From Massalongia carnosa (Eukaryota): a stretch of 64,000 nt of DNA. Within the stretch, counting starts at the first letter, position 1; each line of letters opens with the position of its first letter. Under the pieces are notes generated by a model. The model saw nothing but the letters and a program-made list of their open reading frames with translations, was not told the DNA's origin and searched no databases. Of the stretch, positions 49,640 to 61,572 are shown piece by piece. A program made the position numbers and the translations under genes. Location of the stretch: the NCBI GenBank assembly GCA_965645245.1, contig OZ287079.1:1-64000 (forward strand). The letters are read 5' to 3'.

Positions 49640-51068
49640 TCTTGTCTATCTAGAGTTTGGCTGCTCCCTCCTATTCGCACCACGCTGGCGCCCTAGGGGA
49701 TCAGGAACGCTCGGCTCAGAGGGCCCAGCTTGCTCGCTGAAATGCTGGCCCCTGGTGCGAGTGACAGAGAAACTCCCAAATCCCAAAACTGAATGGCCTG
49801 CTGGCAGTGCCGTTCCGACCGATGCTGGCCTGACTGATGCTGCTTCGACTAAGGCTCAACCGGGCGAGGATAAAGGGCGCTGAAAACGTATAGATGTGTT
49901 GAGAACTTAATCTAAACTAGACTGAATGTAAAGCTGGTATGCATTCGATTTCTATCGTCCAAGTTGCTATATTTCTTTAGAAAGTGCGTTTGTTTAGCTG
50001 TGGTTGCTGCTCTTCTTCTGAATGTCTGGAAATTTTCATTTTATGCCTAGCTAATTAATATCTGATTGGAGCCGGATGACGAAATACTCTTTTATAACAG
50101 AGCCGTCTTTTGAATAAAATAAGAGGCCAGAAGAATGTCGTGGAAATTGGATGAACAAGTTTCGGAGAGAGGAAATTGCGCAAGTTCCACCGTAAGCATT
50201 ACGCCTTTTCTGACTCGATCAGTTTCGAAGCAAGAGCTTATTAAACCGAATTCCTGCTGCTTGTCTTATTAATTGTCATGACGCAAATTCAGGATTCTGA
50301 AAATCTTTATTTAAGCAGGTGAACTTTCCTGCTCGGAGAAAAGTTGCAAAAGTTAAACAGTAAGCGGCGCGTATCACTGCTTGTGATTCGACTGTTAAAT
50401 CAAGCTGTGACACTAGTTGTAAAAGAAAATCCTTTGTGATAGGAAGACGCTCGCGATTGTCTTCTTCCCCTCGTCTTCTTCTGATGCCCGTGATCAGTCT
50501 CTGAAGTGAAGAATGATAAAAGATTGCCAGATCTTCCACGCCAAAATCAATTAACATAGATGTAAGCCAGGCAAGGTAACCCTTGAGGGTTTTAAAGGCA
50601 ATTTTCCGTTTGACTAGCTCGGTGATTTCTGAAGCTATTCTTTGCAAGATAACAGGAAAATAGGAAAAGATCTTGTTGACTTGTCAATGAATCTCGTAGC
50701 TTCTTCTAGCTGAGGAATTAAAATCTCAAGTCTTGGTTGCTAAATCCAATCATATCAGATTGATTGACTCTTTGTCAAAAGAAGTCAAAGAAGTTTGAGT
50801 GCAAAAGATTGGAGGATCATGAACAAAGGTGTTGCTAATGTCTGGAAATTAGAATAGCTGTCAGCGATCTTTGGTATTTTTCCTCGAGACAACATGTCAA
50901 TAGCAGCATTGTCTCTGGTGCTGATTCATCAAGGTTTAATCTTAATGTCATTCAAAGCGGCCAACAAGGCAATTGCTAAAGGGCATGTATAGTACTACCT
51001 CGAATAGATGTTGTTTTTACTCCTATTGCAACAGCAAAATTGTCACAATGATGAACCAAATAGCTTCC
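49640..51068 (-). mobile_element. Degenerate tyrosine-recombinase retroelement (DIRS/Ngaro-like)
   Basis: RNase H tail IALLAALNDI...RDNAAIDMLSR near 50880-50980; recombinase RERLPIT and FATFLRAGKFT; decayed FRRRAAT...LGR*KSNAYQLYI near 49920-50030. Left boundary approximate. Confidence 0.7.
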
Positions 51069-51549
51069 TGTCAAGGACTGGGTTGGGAATTGAACTAATG
51101 TTCCTAGGAATTGGATTGGATGATCAAGATGTCTTTATTAATGAGGCTATAGCTAGGAGGTGGTTTGCTATACAAGACGTCGGACGAGGAGTCAGCTATC
51201 TACTGGATATGTCCTCTTTTTATACCTGAGCCAGCCCCTTCTTTCTCATGTTTTACCTTCACCCTAGATGAGAGATTTGGGTGATGGTGGCGGCGATAAG
51301 GTGGAGCGATAAGTGGGCCAGTGGATGTGATCGTTCTAGCGATAAGAGGGTGTAGTGGAGTGAGGAGATTGGTGGAGTGGAGTAAGGGGTTTATTCAGAC
51401 TCATACCGAGGATGAATCTGAATAGGCTTTCAGGTGGCTTTTACCTCGATCGCCGCTTGGCGGTTCGGGGTAATCAATTGGGTTTTAACTCGAACTTTAT
51501 TTCATGACAGTAGCTCCCCCTTCGAAGGCTGAGCTCCTGCGATGCTGGT

Positions 51550-54500
51550 TCAGTCATGACACTGACATCGAGGAATGAGACAAGGGATTATGTGAGGCCC
51601 TATGGCATGAGGGTAAGCTTCATGAAATTCATCGATTGCTTGCTGACAATTGGTTAGCAGGTTAAAAGGTTCCCATGTCATAGGATGTCCTTCCCAATTC
51701 ACAAGATATTTGAGGAGCGGTGGTTGATAACGTCGATCCGTCTTTGAGTTGAGATTACTGTTGACATACCACTCGCGTTGACCGTCTGTACCGACTATAG
51801 GGTTTCGAGGTTCGTGAAGTTGGCCAGGAAGAGGATCTTCTGCATCGTGCTGCAGAAGGTTGACATGAAAAACGGGATGAACTTGTAGCGTGTCGGGCAG
51901 TTCAAGCTGAACGATAAGAGGATTGGAAAATACTTTGGTGACCCTATAGGGGCCGGCGTGTCGATCATTCAGTTTGGCTGCCGGTCGGGCTGTCTGAATG
52001 TTTCGAGTATTTAACCATACCATATCATCCACGAGATAGCGGGGGCACGGCGACGATTCTCGTTAGCGGTGGCTTCGTAGGAGGCTTGTGCGATTAACAT
52101 TTCGTCATGAAGATGAGCATCTACATCCTTCATCTTATCCACGAACTGATTAGTGGCAACTAGGTTGGCTCTTCCTTGAGCGGTCAGATCATGGGGTAGA
52201 GGTTCTTCGGGCTCGAATCCTACTCGAGGATGTTGTCCGTGATTGGCTAGGAAGGGAGAAGCGAGGATACTGGAGGAGTCGGTGTTGTTGCTAGCGAATT
52301 CAGCACCTGGTAAGTACTGAGCCCAGTCGTCTTGCATATAATTGACATAGGCTCGAAGATAGTGCTCCATGGTCGCATTAGCCCTTTCGGTTTGGCCGTC
52401 GGTTTCAGGGTGAAAGCTGGTTGATAACCTAGCATCAATCTTAAGACGTTTACACATGAGTTCCCAGAAGTCGGAGGTGAACTGAGTGCCTCGATCGGAA
52501 GTCAAGGCGTCGGGGAGTCCGTGTAATTTCCACACGTTCTGATAGAAGGAGCTGGCAGCTTCTTCTGCCTCCATGGAGGTGGTAGGGACAAAGTGTCGCA
52601 TCTTGGAGAGACGGTCGATGAAGACCAGAACATATCGATAGGTGACACCCATGAAGGTACTAGGAGGCAGTGGTCCTACATAGTCCATAGAGACATCACG
52701 CCATCGACGTTCAGGCGGGGATAGAGGGCGCAGCCAGCCTTGATATCGTTGATGGGACGGTTTGGGTCGCTTACAGGTGTGACAGTTGCGAATGAATCTT
52801 TTTACGGTTTGATGCATATTGGGCCACCAGTACGATCGACTCATCAACTCATAACACTTGGAGCGGCCAGGATGACCACCCGCTACACTGTCGTGGGAAT
52901 GCTGGATGAGACGAAGTCTCAGGCGATCTGACTTGGGTACGTACTTGCGATCGCGAAAATAAAGAACTCCATCTCTATTCTCACACTCGGCTAGCTGAAT
53001 TTTAGGATGATGACGGACGTTGTCATGGAGTGCGTCTAGGATTTTTGATGCGAATTGATCTCGAAGTTGAGCCTGTTCCCATAACAGTTGAGTGGGGACA
53101 TCTAGAGGGTCTTGATCGGGATCGACTTGATCGGTAGGTTGATCCAACTGGGGTTCGTCAGCTCGGTCGGGTTCGATGAACTCGGGATCGGGTTCAATGA
53201 ACTCGGGGTCGGGTTCGATGAACGTAGGGGCTAGCATTATGGTGGAGAGGAAGCTTGCTGCAACTTTATCATCTAGGTTGTGAGTTTTCAGTATGGTTTG
53301 ATGCTGGTATTTTTGTCTTTCGTCGGTTTCATCCCCCTCTTTAGGGAGATCTCCTGATCGACGAGTTAATGCATCTGGCTTTCCTCCAGCTTTTCCGGGT
53401 CGATAGACTATTTTAAAGTCAAAACGAGACAAGAATTCAGACCAACGGGCCTGTCTGCGACTGAGCTGCTTGGTGGAAGCGAAGTATTCCAAGTTTTTAT
53501 GGTCTGAAATTACGCTAATGGGAAAAGCAGAGCCTTCCAACTCGGGTCTCCATTCTTCAAAGCAACGGACGATAGCCATTAACTCTTTGTCGTAGATCTC
53601 GTAGTTGCATTCGGCCGGATTGTGTTTTTTGGAGAAGTAGGCGATGGGGCGCAGCACGTTTTCATCATCATATTGCGAGAGAATACCAGCGGAGACATAA
53701 TCGGAAGCGTCAGTTTCGACGATGATGGGTTTGTCAGGGTCGAAATGCAGAAGCACTTTTTCGGAGGTAAAAGCCTTTTTGAGAGTATTGAAAGCTTGCT
53801 GACATCGATCAGTCCAGTTGAACTCGACTTCCTTCTTGGTTAGATTCGTTAGTGGACCGGCTATATTACTGAAGCCATAGATGAATCTTCTATAGAAGTT
53901 AGCGAATCCCAAAAAGCTTTGAACATCCTTCATGTTGATCGGGGTTGGCCAGTTGGTTACGGTTTCGACTTTGGCAGGATCCATTCTGATACCCTCGGTG
54001 GTTACGATTAATCCTAGATATGCAACTTCTTTAACATGGAATTTGGATTTGGTGATGTCGCATTGTAGCCCGTTTTCTATCAATTTGTTGAGAACTCTTC
54101 TGACATGGATCTCGTGTTCGCCTTCGATTTCACTATAGATAAAGATATCATCGAGATAGGCTGTACAGAAATCGTCAAGAAATTCTCGAAGAATGTCGTT
54201 GATGAAATGTTGAAAAGAGGCGGGTCCGTTGCACAGACCGAAAGGCAAGACCAGGGATTCGAATAGGCCGAAACGAGTTCGAAAGGCTGTGAGTTCCTCA
54301 TCCCCCTCTTTGATTCGAAGGCGATTAAAGGCTGCAATGATATCTAACTTGGTGAATATCTTGGCCCTGGCTAATCGATGCAGGGTTTCAGCAATCAGGG
54401 GAAGTGGATATCGATTTTTTACGGTGACTGCATTGAGACCTCGATAGTCCACGCAAAAGCGAAGTCCTCCTCCCGGCTTTTTTACGAACATAACCGGGGA

Positions 54501-55793
54501 CGCGGCGGGCGATTTGCTCGCTCGAATGAAACCTTTAGCCAGGTTCTCATCCAGATAGCGACGAAGTTCTTGAATCTCATCACGGCTCATGCCGTAAAGA
54601 GCTTGATTGGGTGCCGGAAAGCCTTCTTTTAGCTTGATGGCATGGTCATAGGGTCGATGATCGGCTAAGACGTCAGAGTCTTTTTTGGAAAAGGCGTGCA
54701 ATAGGTCGTGGTATTGCTTGGGAAGCAGGAGGGCTGGATCGACGTTTTTCTGCTTGCGATATTCGTCTAATTCTTGGGCGGTCACTGATGTCTGCAGTGT
54801 CAGGGCTTGGTTCATGCGAAACAGGGCTAGATGAAGTTCCTTTTCACTAGGACTGTGACGCGGGTTGGGTTGATAGGTTGGTTTCGGTTTATTCAGACTG
54901 CTATGGCGACTGAATTCGGTTGCGGATTGGATTTCGGTTTTGGGTTCGGTTGGGGTCACTCCGAGGAAGCGATCGATTTCTTTCAAGGAGAGGCTAAACA
55001 TCTCGTGGTTTTCTTTGCGTCCGAGACAATTGAAGTTCATGGCGCTTATCTCGCAGATTTCCATGACTGAGGGTTTGATTTTTTGCTGAGCGGCGCGTCT
55101 TTCGACCGAAGTTCGTTTGGAGGAGGGGCTTCGGTATCGAATTTTTGGTGAGTTGCCTTGTTCAATCGCTTTTTCAATGCGACTGACGTCTTTCATCTCC
55201 TCCTTCACGGAGGTCTCCTGGCCGACGTTTTCGGGCGTGATTGTGATTGTTGAGGTTTCAATTGAGGTTTCAATTGAGGCTGGATTTATTTCCTCGGATT
55301 TCCACACCTCCTGACTTTCAGCAGGCGAAAGAAATTCTTCCTCAGTATGAGCTTGTACTGTGACCGGACGAGGAGAGCAGTGAGCGAGGCAGAAAGGAGA
55401 CGCCAATGATAGAGAGTTGGTGTTGAAATCGATATGGGCTTGATGCCGACGCAGCCACGGGTGTCCGAGAACAATGGGGTATGTTCTCAATCCAGTTACG
55501 AAGAGAAACATTTTTTTCGTGTGTCCGTTTAGATCCATGATTACTTCGGCCGCATGAGTGATGTTTCCAGTCAGGGCCGGTTGACCGTCAAAACCTTCGA
55601 GGCGTCGAGCGTATTTCAGAGGATGAAGAGGGATTTGATTAGTTTGCGCGAATTTCTTGTCAATGAATGCATAGCCGGATGCACCACAGTCAATCAAACT
55701 AAGAGTTTGAATTCGAGATCTACCGAGACGTAAAGTACATGAAACCACTAAGTGGCTATCTCTAAACGCCTCTTCAGACTCAAATTGCTCCAA
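51550..55793 (-). pseudogene. Ty3 Pol with frameshift near 52030 before the GPY/F and chromodomain
   Basis: LIDCGAS, YLDD, TDASD, HHCC, integrase; WYVNS...YLVNWEGH..TWEP in a second frame. Confidence 0.9.
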
Positions 55794-56566
55794 AGCGGTT
55801 GCTGCAGAAAAGCGAGTGTTTGATCGGAGGGGGGGAGAAAAAGAATTGGCTAGCAGACAAGAAGAAATGAGAAATGGTTCCTGCGCGCGACGATGCGCAG
55901 GACCTAGGCTTTTTTCGAGTCTTCGAGCTCGGAAATGGAGGTCGTATCTGATGAGCGAAGACTGGTTTTCTTATTAGGACAGTCGATGGCTGTCTTCCCC
56001 GGGTGTTTTTGCTTGCAATAATGGCAGAGATTCCATTTATCACAGATATCCCTCACCCCTTCCGTTTTCAGAGATTTACCTTTGACGGCTGCCATAGCCT
56101 GGCTCAGGTCCATGGGATCTCCGATAGAAGAAGTTGGGACTGGTGCGGAAGGGATATCCGGTATGCGAGCAAGGGGTGCGGCGAGAGTGATGGTCGCGTT
56201 ATCCTTTCGCTGAGACGAGGTGGTTGTGGATGTCGGGATAGTCCTGTTGTTGGGAGCCAGGTGTTTGATCTGGCGAATTTTCCGATCGGTATTCAACCAC
56301 ATTGCGACATGTTGATCGAAGGTGACTGGTTCCAGGTTGGTTCCGGGGACTCGATAGTGGACGGCGGCGGCTTGAATGACATAATTGATGTTGGACTTCA
56401 TGGCATCAATTAGAGAAGCATCCTCCATTTGGAGCGATCCTTTTTCTGGGCGAATAGGTTATAGTACTCTTCGAAACTCAGAGTACCATGTTTAAGGGTT
56501 TCGCGAAGATACTTGCGAGCATCTTCCTGCTCGAAGGGGTTACCGCAAGCCTTACGAAGAGCGGTA

Positions 56567-57383
56567 GGCCTGCTAGGTCAGAAACCTCTACGTGGTGCAG
56601 GCTATCAACACCTCCTCGGAGGTGGCCAATATCTGATCATCGCCAACGCTGAAGCCCACCTCGGTGGCCGTTTGAATGATCAACGTCTCTACTGATCATT
56701 CATCACTTCGAAGGCATACAAAGCCCATTCATTCGGAATGGCCACACCCCTCAGGCGGAAGCCTTTCACCTCATCGAAAAAGTCCATTCAGTCGGAATGG
56801 CCACACCCCCCAGGCGGAAGCCTTTCACCTCATCGAAAAAGCCCATTCAGTCGGAATGGCCACACCCCCCAGGCGGAAGCCTTTCACCTCATCGAAAAAG
56901 CCCATTCAGTCGGAATGGCCACACCCCCCAGGCGGAAGCCTTTCACCTCATCGAAAAAGTCCATTCAGTCGGAATGGCCACACCCCCCAGGCGGAAGCCT
57001 CTCACCTCATCGAAAAAGCCCATTCATTCGGAATGGCCACATTTTCACATCTTCATTTATACGACACCACGATCTGCCCTCGATCATGGCCAGTCTATCA
57101 TCTATTGAGCCAAAACGGTTAAAGAGAGAGAATGTTCGTCGAACGTGTGGAGATACACTGTCTAGTTCATCGGGTCTATAGGATTCCTAGCGCTTGAATA
57201 TCTGGGTGTATGCACCGCGTGGTAGAAGAACGATCTCGTTGCGTTCAATATGGAATAAAAGGGAGTGGTTTTACCCTGGGGGCCAGTTTTCCACTTCCGG
57301 ACTGTTGTTTATGTACATAAATAGCAGTCACAGCGTCATATCCTAAGGATGCATACGCTTAATGAATAAATAAAAATAAAAAA
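56567..57383 (+). mobile_element. 817-bp non-LTR-type (SINE-like) insertion in gag
   Basis: 13-bp TSD ACGAAGAGCGGTA (56554-56566, 57384-57396); A-rich 3' tail aatgaataaataaaaataaaaaa; no recognisable coding domain. Confidence 0.8.
56719..57040. repeat. About 5.4 copies of a 59-bp tandem repeat
   Basis: Unit starts recur at 56761, 56820, 56879, 56938, 56997. Confidence 0.95.
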
Positions 57384-58388
57384 ACGAAGAGCGGTACGCC
57401 ATTCGAAGAAGGTCTTCAGCGTGCAGATGCCGTCTAATCGATAGGCGTTCATGAGGTTGTGAGCTCTTTTCCCAATGGTGAGTCGGTTCTCCGCATAGGC
57501 GATCTTGGCGACGTCGGTTGGATAACGATCATGATTAACATGCATTCGTTGGATCAGGCTTTGTTCCCAGGAGTCCAATTTGGCTTCCTCACCATCGTAT
57601 TCGGAGATGTCAGGGAGCTTCTCGGAACGGATATCGACGGGTTTCTTGGCTAAGAGGATCTTCATCACCTCAGCCAGCTGAGAGTCCAAGGTGGGATTGA
57701 TAGCGGGAGCGGGGACGGGAGTGGGGACAGGAGCCTGAGTCGACAAAGCATTGATTCGTCGATGAAGTTCCGCATTCTCGGCTTGCATGCGAGCGATGCT
57801 ATCAACGAGTCCTTGAGGGTTGTCGTTGATATGTCCTTGAAGATATTCTGCGGCGGTTTGTGTTGATTCGGTATCCATTTGATCAGTCATGACGATGGAT
57901 TATGGGAGAGGAGATAGATCGAAGAAAAAATGCTTTGGAGGGCACTTATAATGATCAGGTCCGACGTAATGTCAAGGACTGGGTTGGGAATTGAACTAAT
58001 GTTCCTAGGAATTGGATTGGATGATCAAGATGTCTTTATTAATGAGGCTATAGCTAGGAGGTGGTTTGCTATACAAGACGTCGGACGAGGAGTCAGCTAT
58101 CTACTGGATATGTCCTCTTTTTATACCTGAGCCAGCCCCTTCTTTCTCATGTTTTACCTTCACCCTAGATGAGAGATTTTGGTGATGGTGGCGGCGATAA
58201 GATGGAGTGATAAGTGGGCCAGTGGATGTGATCGTTCTAGCGATAAGAGGGTATAGTGGAGTGAGGAGATTGATGGAGTGGAGTAAGGGGTTTATTCAGA
58301 CTCATACCGAGGATGAATCTGAATAGGCTTTCAGGTGGCTTTTACCTCGATCGCCGCTTGGCGGTTCGGGGTAATCAATTAGGTTTTA

Positions 58389-59732
58389 CAGTCCCGTGCC
58401 AAAAATCTGCGGCCCAACCCGTAATTTTCGTGATTTCGCGTTTTCAACTCATCAACCCCCTATCTTCCACCTCATCATTTCACCATGCTTCGTGCTTCTT
58501 TGACCCCCATAAGTGGTAATCGGCCTCGTAACACTGAATTGACGACATATCAACGTGGTATGATTGTTGGGGCCCAGGCGTTGGGGCACACACCGACCGA
58601 GATTGGGAAGACTCTTAATTTCACTAAATCGACCGTGCAGAGCACCATTTAGAAGCACTCAATTCGCAACGACGGCGTGTCTGAATCAGGTTCTGGACGG
58701 CCTGAAGTGCTGTCAGAACGCGATCGACGTTATATCATCAGCATGCACGAATCAATCCACGAATCACTTATGCACAAATCAAACTAGAAGTGGGGCTCGG
58801 CTGTAGTCGTACGACTATTTATCGGGCACTCAAACTGTATGGTTTAACCAACTGGGTGGCTAAAAAAGGACCTTTATTGACGCCTGAGGTGGCCAAGAAA
58901 CGATTGGATTGGTGCTTGCTGCGGCGTGAGTGGACTTTTGAGCAGTGGTCAAGAGTTATATGGTCAGATGAGTGCTCGGTGGAAAAGGGGTCAGGAAAAC
59001 AGCGTCAGTGGGTGTTCAAATTGCCGAAAGAAAAATGGAATAAAGAGATGATACAACCTGTCCCCAAAGGCAAAGGAGTCAGTGTCATGGTCTGGGCAGC
59101 TTTTTGGGGAGATGACAGGTTAGATCTTTACAAATTGGCTCGTGATTTTGCTGCGAAGAAGATGGGGTACTCGGCGAACTCATATATGGAAGGAATTATT
59201 GAACGATAATCTGCTTGGAATTTGGCAACCGGGCCTCATTTTCATGCAGGATAACGCACCTATACATAAGGCTAAAAAGGTGATGGAATGGTTCAATGAG
59301 AACGGCATAGAGGTCATCGATTGGCCCCCCTATTCACCTGATTTAAATCCCATCGAGCACGTCTGGTATGTGCTCAAAAAGCTCGTCTATCAAGTCAACC
59401 CGAACATAGATTTGGTGATCGGCAGTGATGAAAGTGTTCGTGAGGTACTTTGGAAAGCGTTAGAAGAAGCCTGGACGTTGATAGATGTGAAAATGAAGAG
59501 GAGGTTAATAGAGAGCATGAATAGGAGGATAAAAGCGTGTATAGCGTCGGAAGGATGGTAAATCTAAATATTAAAAATTAATTTTTGGGGGAATTCTTGT
59601 TTAGTATGTATGTAAAATCATTATGTAAAGTTTCAAGACATTTCAGCAATCGTGACGTGGTTGATTGTTGATTGAATAGAATGATTCAAATGTTGGTGGG
59701 GTGCGGGGCCGCAGACTTTTGGCCTAGTACTG
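58389..59732 (+). mobile_element. Tc1/mariner element, frameshifted DD34E transposase, inserted in an LTR
   Basis: 27-bp imperfect TIRs CAGT...CTGCGGCCC; TA TSD 58387-58388 and 59733-59734; WSDECS, QDNAPIH, SPDLNPIE. Confidence 0.92.
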
Positions 59733-59759
59733 TAACTCAAACTTTATTTCATGACAATA

Positions 59760-61243
59760 ACGTATTAGCCACCCATTCGGGCCAGCCACCCAATCGGGCC
59801 ACCCCTCAAAATCTAGTAGCCGAATATTAATCTTTTCCTTCCAATCCACCACCATCACTCCTTTATCGATAAACTATATATAAAATGCCTAAAAACATAC
59901 CCGTACATGACTCTGCTACTAGATTACACTTGGCTATTGAAGAAATACGCAAAAACCCGGGCATTTCGCCGCGGGAGATAGCGCGCATTTACAGAGTTCC
60001 CCGATCGACCTTACAGGCCAGTTTTCAAGGCAGACGTGACGCAAAAACCTCCCATGAGGCCACTCAAAGACTATCAGTAGAAGAAGAACAGGGCTTGATC
60101 ACGTGGATAGATCGGATGACTGCATGGGGTTGGCCACCTAGTATTCAACACCTTGAGGGCATGACCAAAAGTCTGCTGGAAGCAAAAGGGGACTCAAAAC
60201 CCCTAGGACATCATTGGTATAAAACTATCATGAATAGACATCCCCAATTCAAAACTAAATTTAAAAGAAACTTGGATCAATCCAGAAAAGACGCAAGTCA
60301 TCCCTGTAACGGTTCGACCATGGGTGGTGCGGACGGCAGGACCTACAGCGAACATAGCAGGAGTCCCAGTTATAGTAGAATAGAGGTTGGTCTGCGGACT
60401 AAGTATTGTGCCTTTTGGTCGGGAGGACAGGTGGCGCAATGGTAGAAATCTATTCACTATATCGCTTCGTCACAATCCCAAAATCCTGAAGGAATGGTTT
60501 GAACTGTACATGACCACCCGAGCAAAGTATGGAGTCGCAGATGAAGATATTTACAATATGGATGAAAAGGGTTTTGCCATGGGCATTGCGGATAGTTCTA
60601 AAGTGATAGTCAAGAGGGAAACAACCTCATCAATATCATGAATGCATGGCGGGGGGGCAGGTCTTATTCCATACAATCCCGAGCATGTTTTAGGCAAACT
60701 GCCTAGATATATCATTCCTTCACCTCGCAACATCGTTACCACTACCCTCACAACGAACAAACGCATTTAGGTAGCTAGCGATGCTTTGTTAACCCGTGTA
60801 ACTCCATCTCTCCGCGCGCATGTTGAATTGCTTCAAACAACCGCATTGAATGCCGTGGCTGATAGAGTTATTCTACGGCATTTCAATCAGGAACTATTTG
60901 AAAAACAGCCTCAGCGACGCCAAAAGGCGTCTAGAAAGGGGTGTGATAAAGTGAGGGTGCTAACTGTGGGTGAGGAGCTGGCTAAGATCGAAGAGAAACA
61001 GCAAAAAGAGGAGGCATTAGCCAGAGAAAAGGAGCGATATCATGCTTTGAATGGTAAAGTGAAGTTCGCAAAGGCCGTCTGGAAAGAAATGCGTATGGAT
61101 AGTGATATTTTTAGTTAATTTTGGGGATGGTAGAAGCATCGTGGTGATGTTGTTTTCCTTTTGGTGGAAGGGGATAGTTGGCCAGGATATTTTTGATGGG
61201 GTGGCCCGATTGGGTGGCTGGCCCGAATGGGTGGCTAATACGT
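59760..61243 (+). mobile_element. pogo/Fot1-type transposon with internal deletion
   Basis: Perfect 46-bp TIRs ACGTATTAGCCACCC...; TA TSD; HTH and CENP-B-like N-terminus and YNMDEKGF, most of the catalytic core missing. Confidence 0.92.
60305..60474. mobile_element. 170-bp solo LTR inside the Fot1 transposase
   Basis: TGTAACG...CGTCACA ends; TSD ATCCC (60300-60304, 60475-60479). Confidence 0.85.
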
Positions 61244-61572
61244 TAGGCCTGTGCAGCCGAGAGTCGGGATAAAAGGGGCTTTTTGCTGTCGTTTTCTCCT
61301 AAACCTACACATCTCTACATATCCAGCTCACACCTACATATCTTTTCACATCTATCTCACACCTTTATATCTCTACAAATACATCTCTATACACCATTAC
61401 ATTTCTATATATGTACCTTCACATCTCTACATATCCATCTCACATCTACAAATCTTTTCAAACATCTACATATATCACACGACACATATCATCTTTGTCA
61501 CCTAGCTATGCCGCGCAACGGGTTGGGTTTTCGCCCCAAAATTGCTTTTTCGCCACCGGGTTTTTCTTTGAA

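Larger units (their letters stand above)
51069..59756 (-). mobile_element. Ty3/gypsy chromovirus no. 2 with 441-bp LTRs; carries two insertions
   Basis: LTR 51069-51509 and 57970-59756 (split by Tc1); PPT next to 51510; gag 57890-55904 interrupted. Confidence 0.93.

Noticed and set aside
49915..50700. Starship captain recombinase
   Set aside because: Short, decayed and preceded by RNase H-like sequence; no Starship boundaries or cargo layout seen.
56719..57040. CRISPR array or hammerhead ribozyme array
   Set aside because: No unique spacers or cas genes. The minus strand has CGAUGAG-GU-GAAA but not the CUGANGA core or a proper NUH site in most units.
56676..57181. Three overlapping repeat-protein ORFs
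   Set aside because: Produced by a 59-bp period cycling through stop-free frames.
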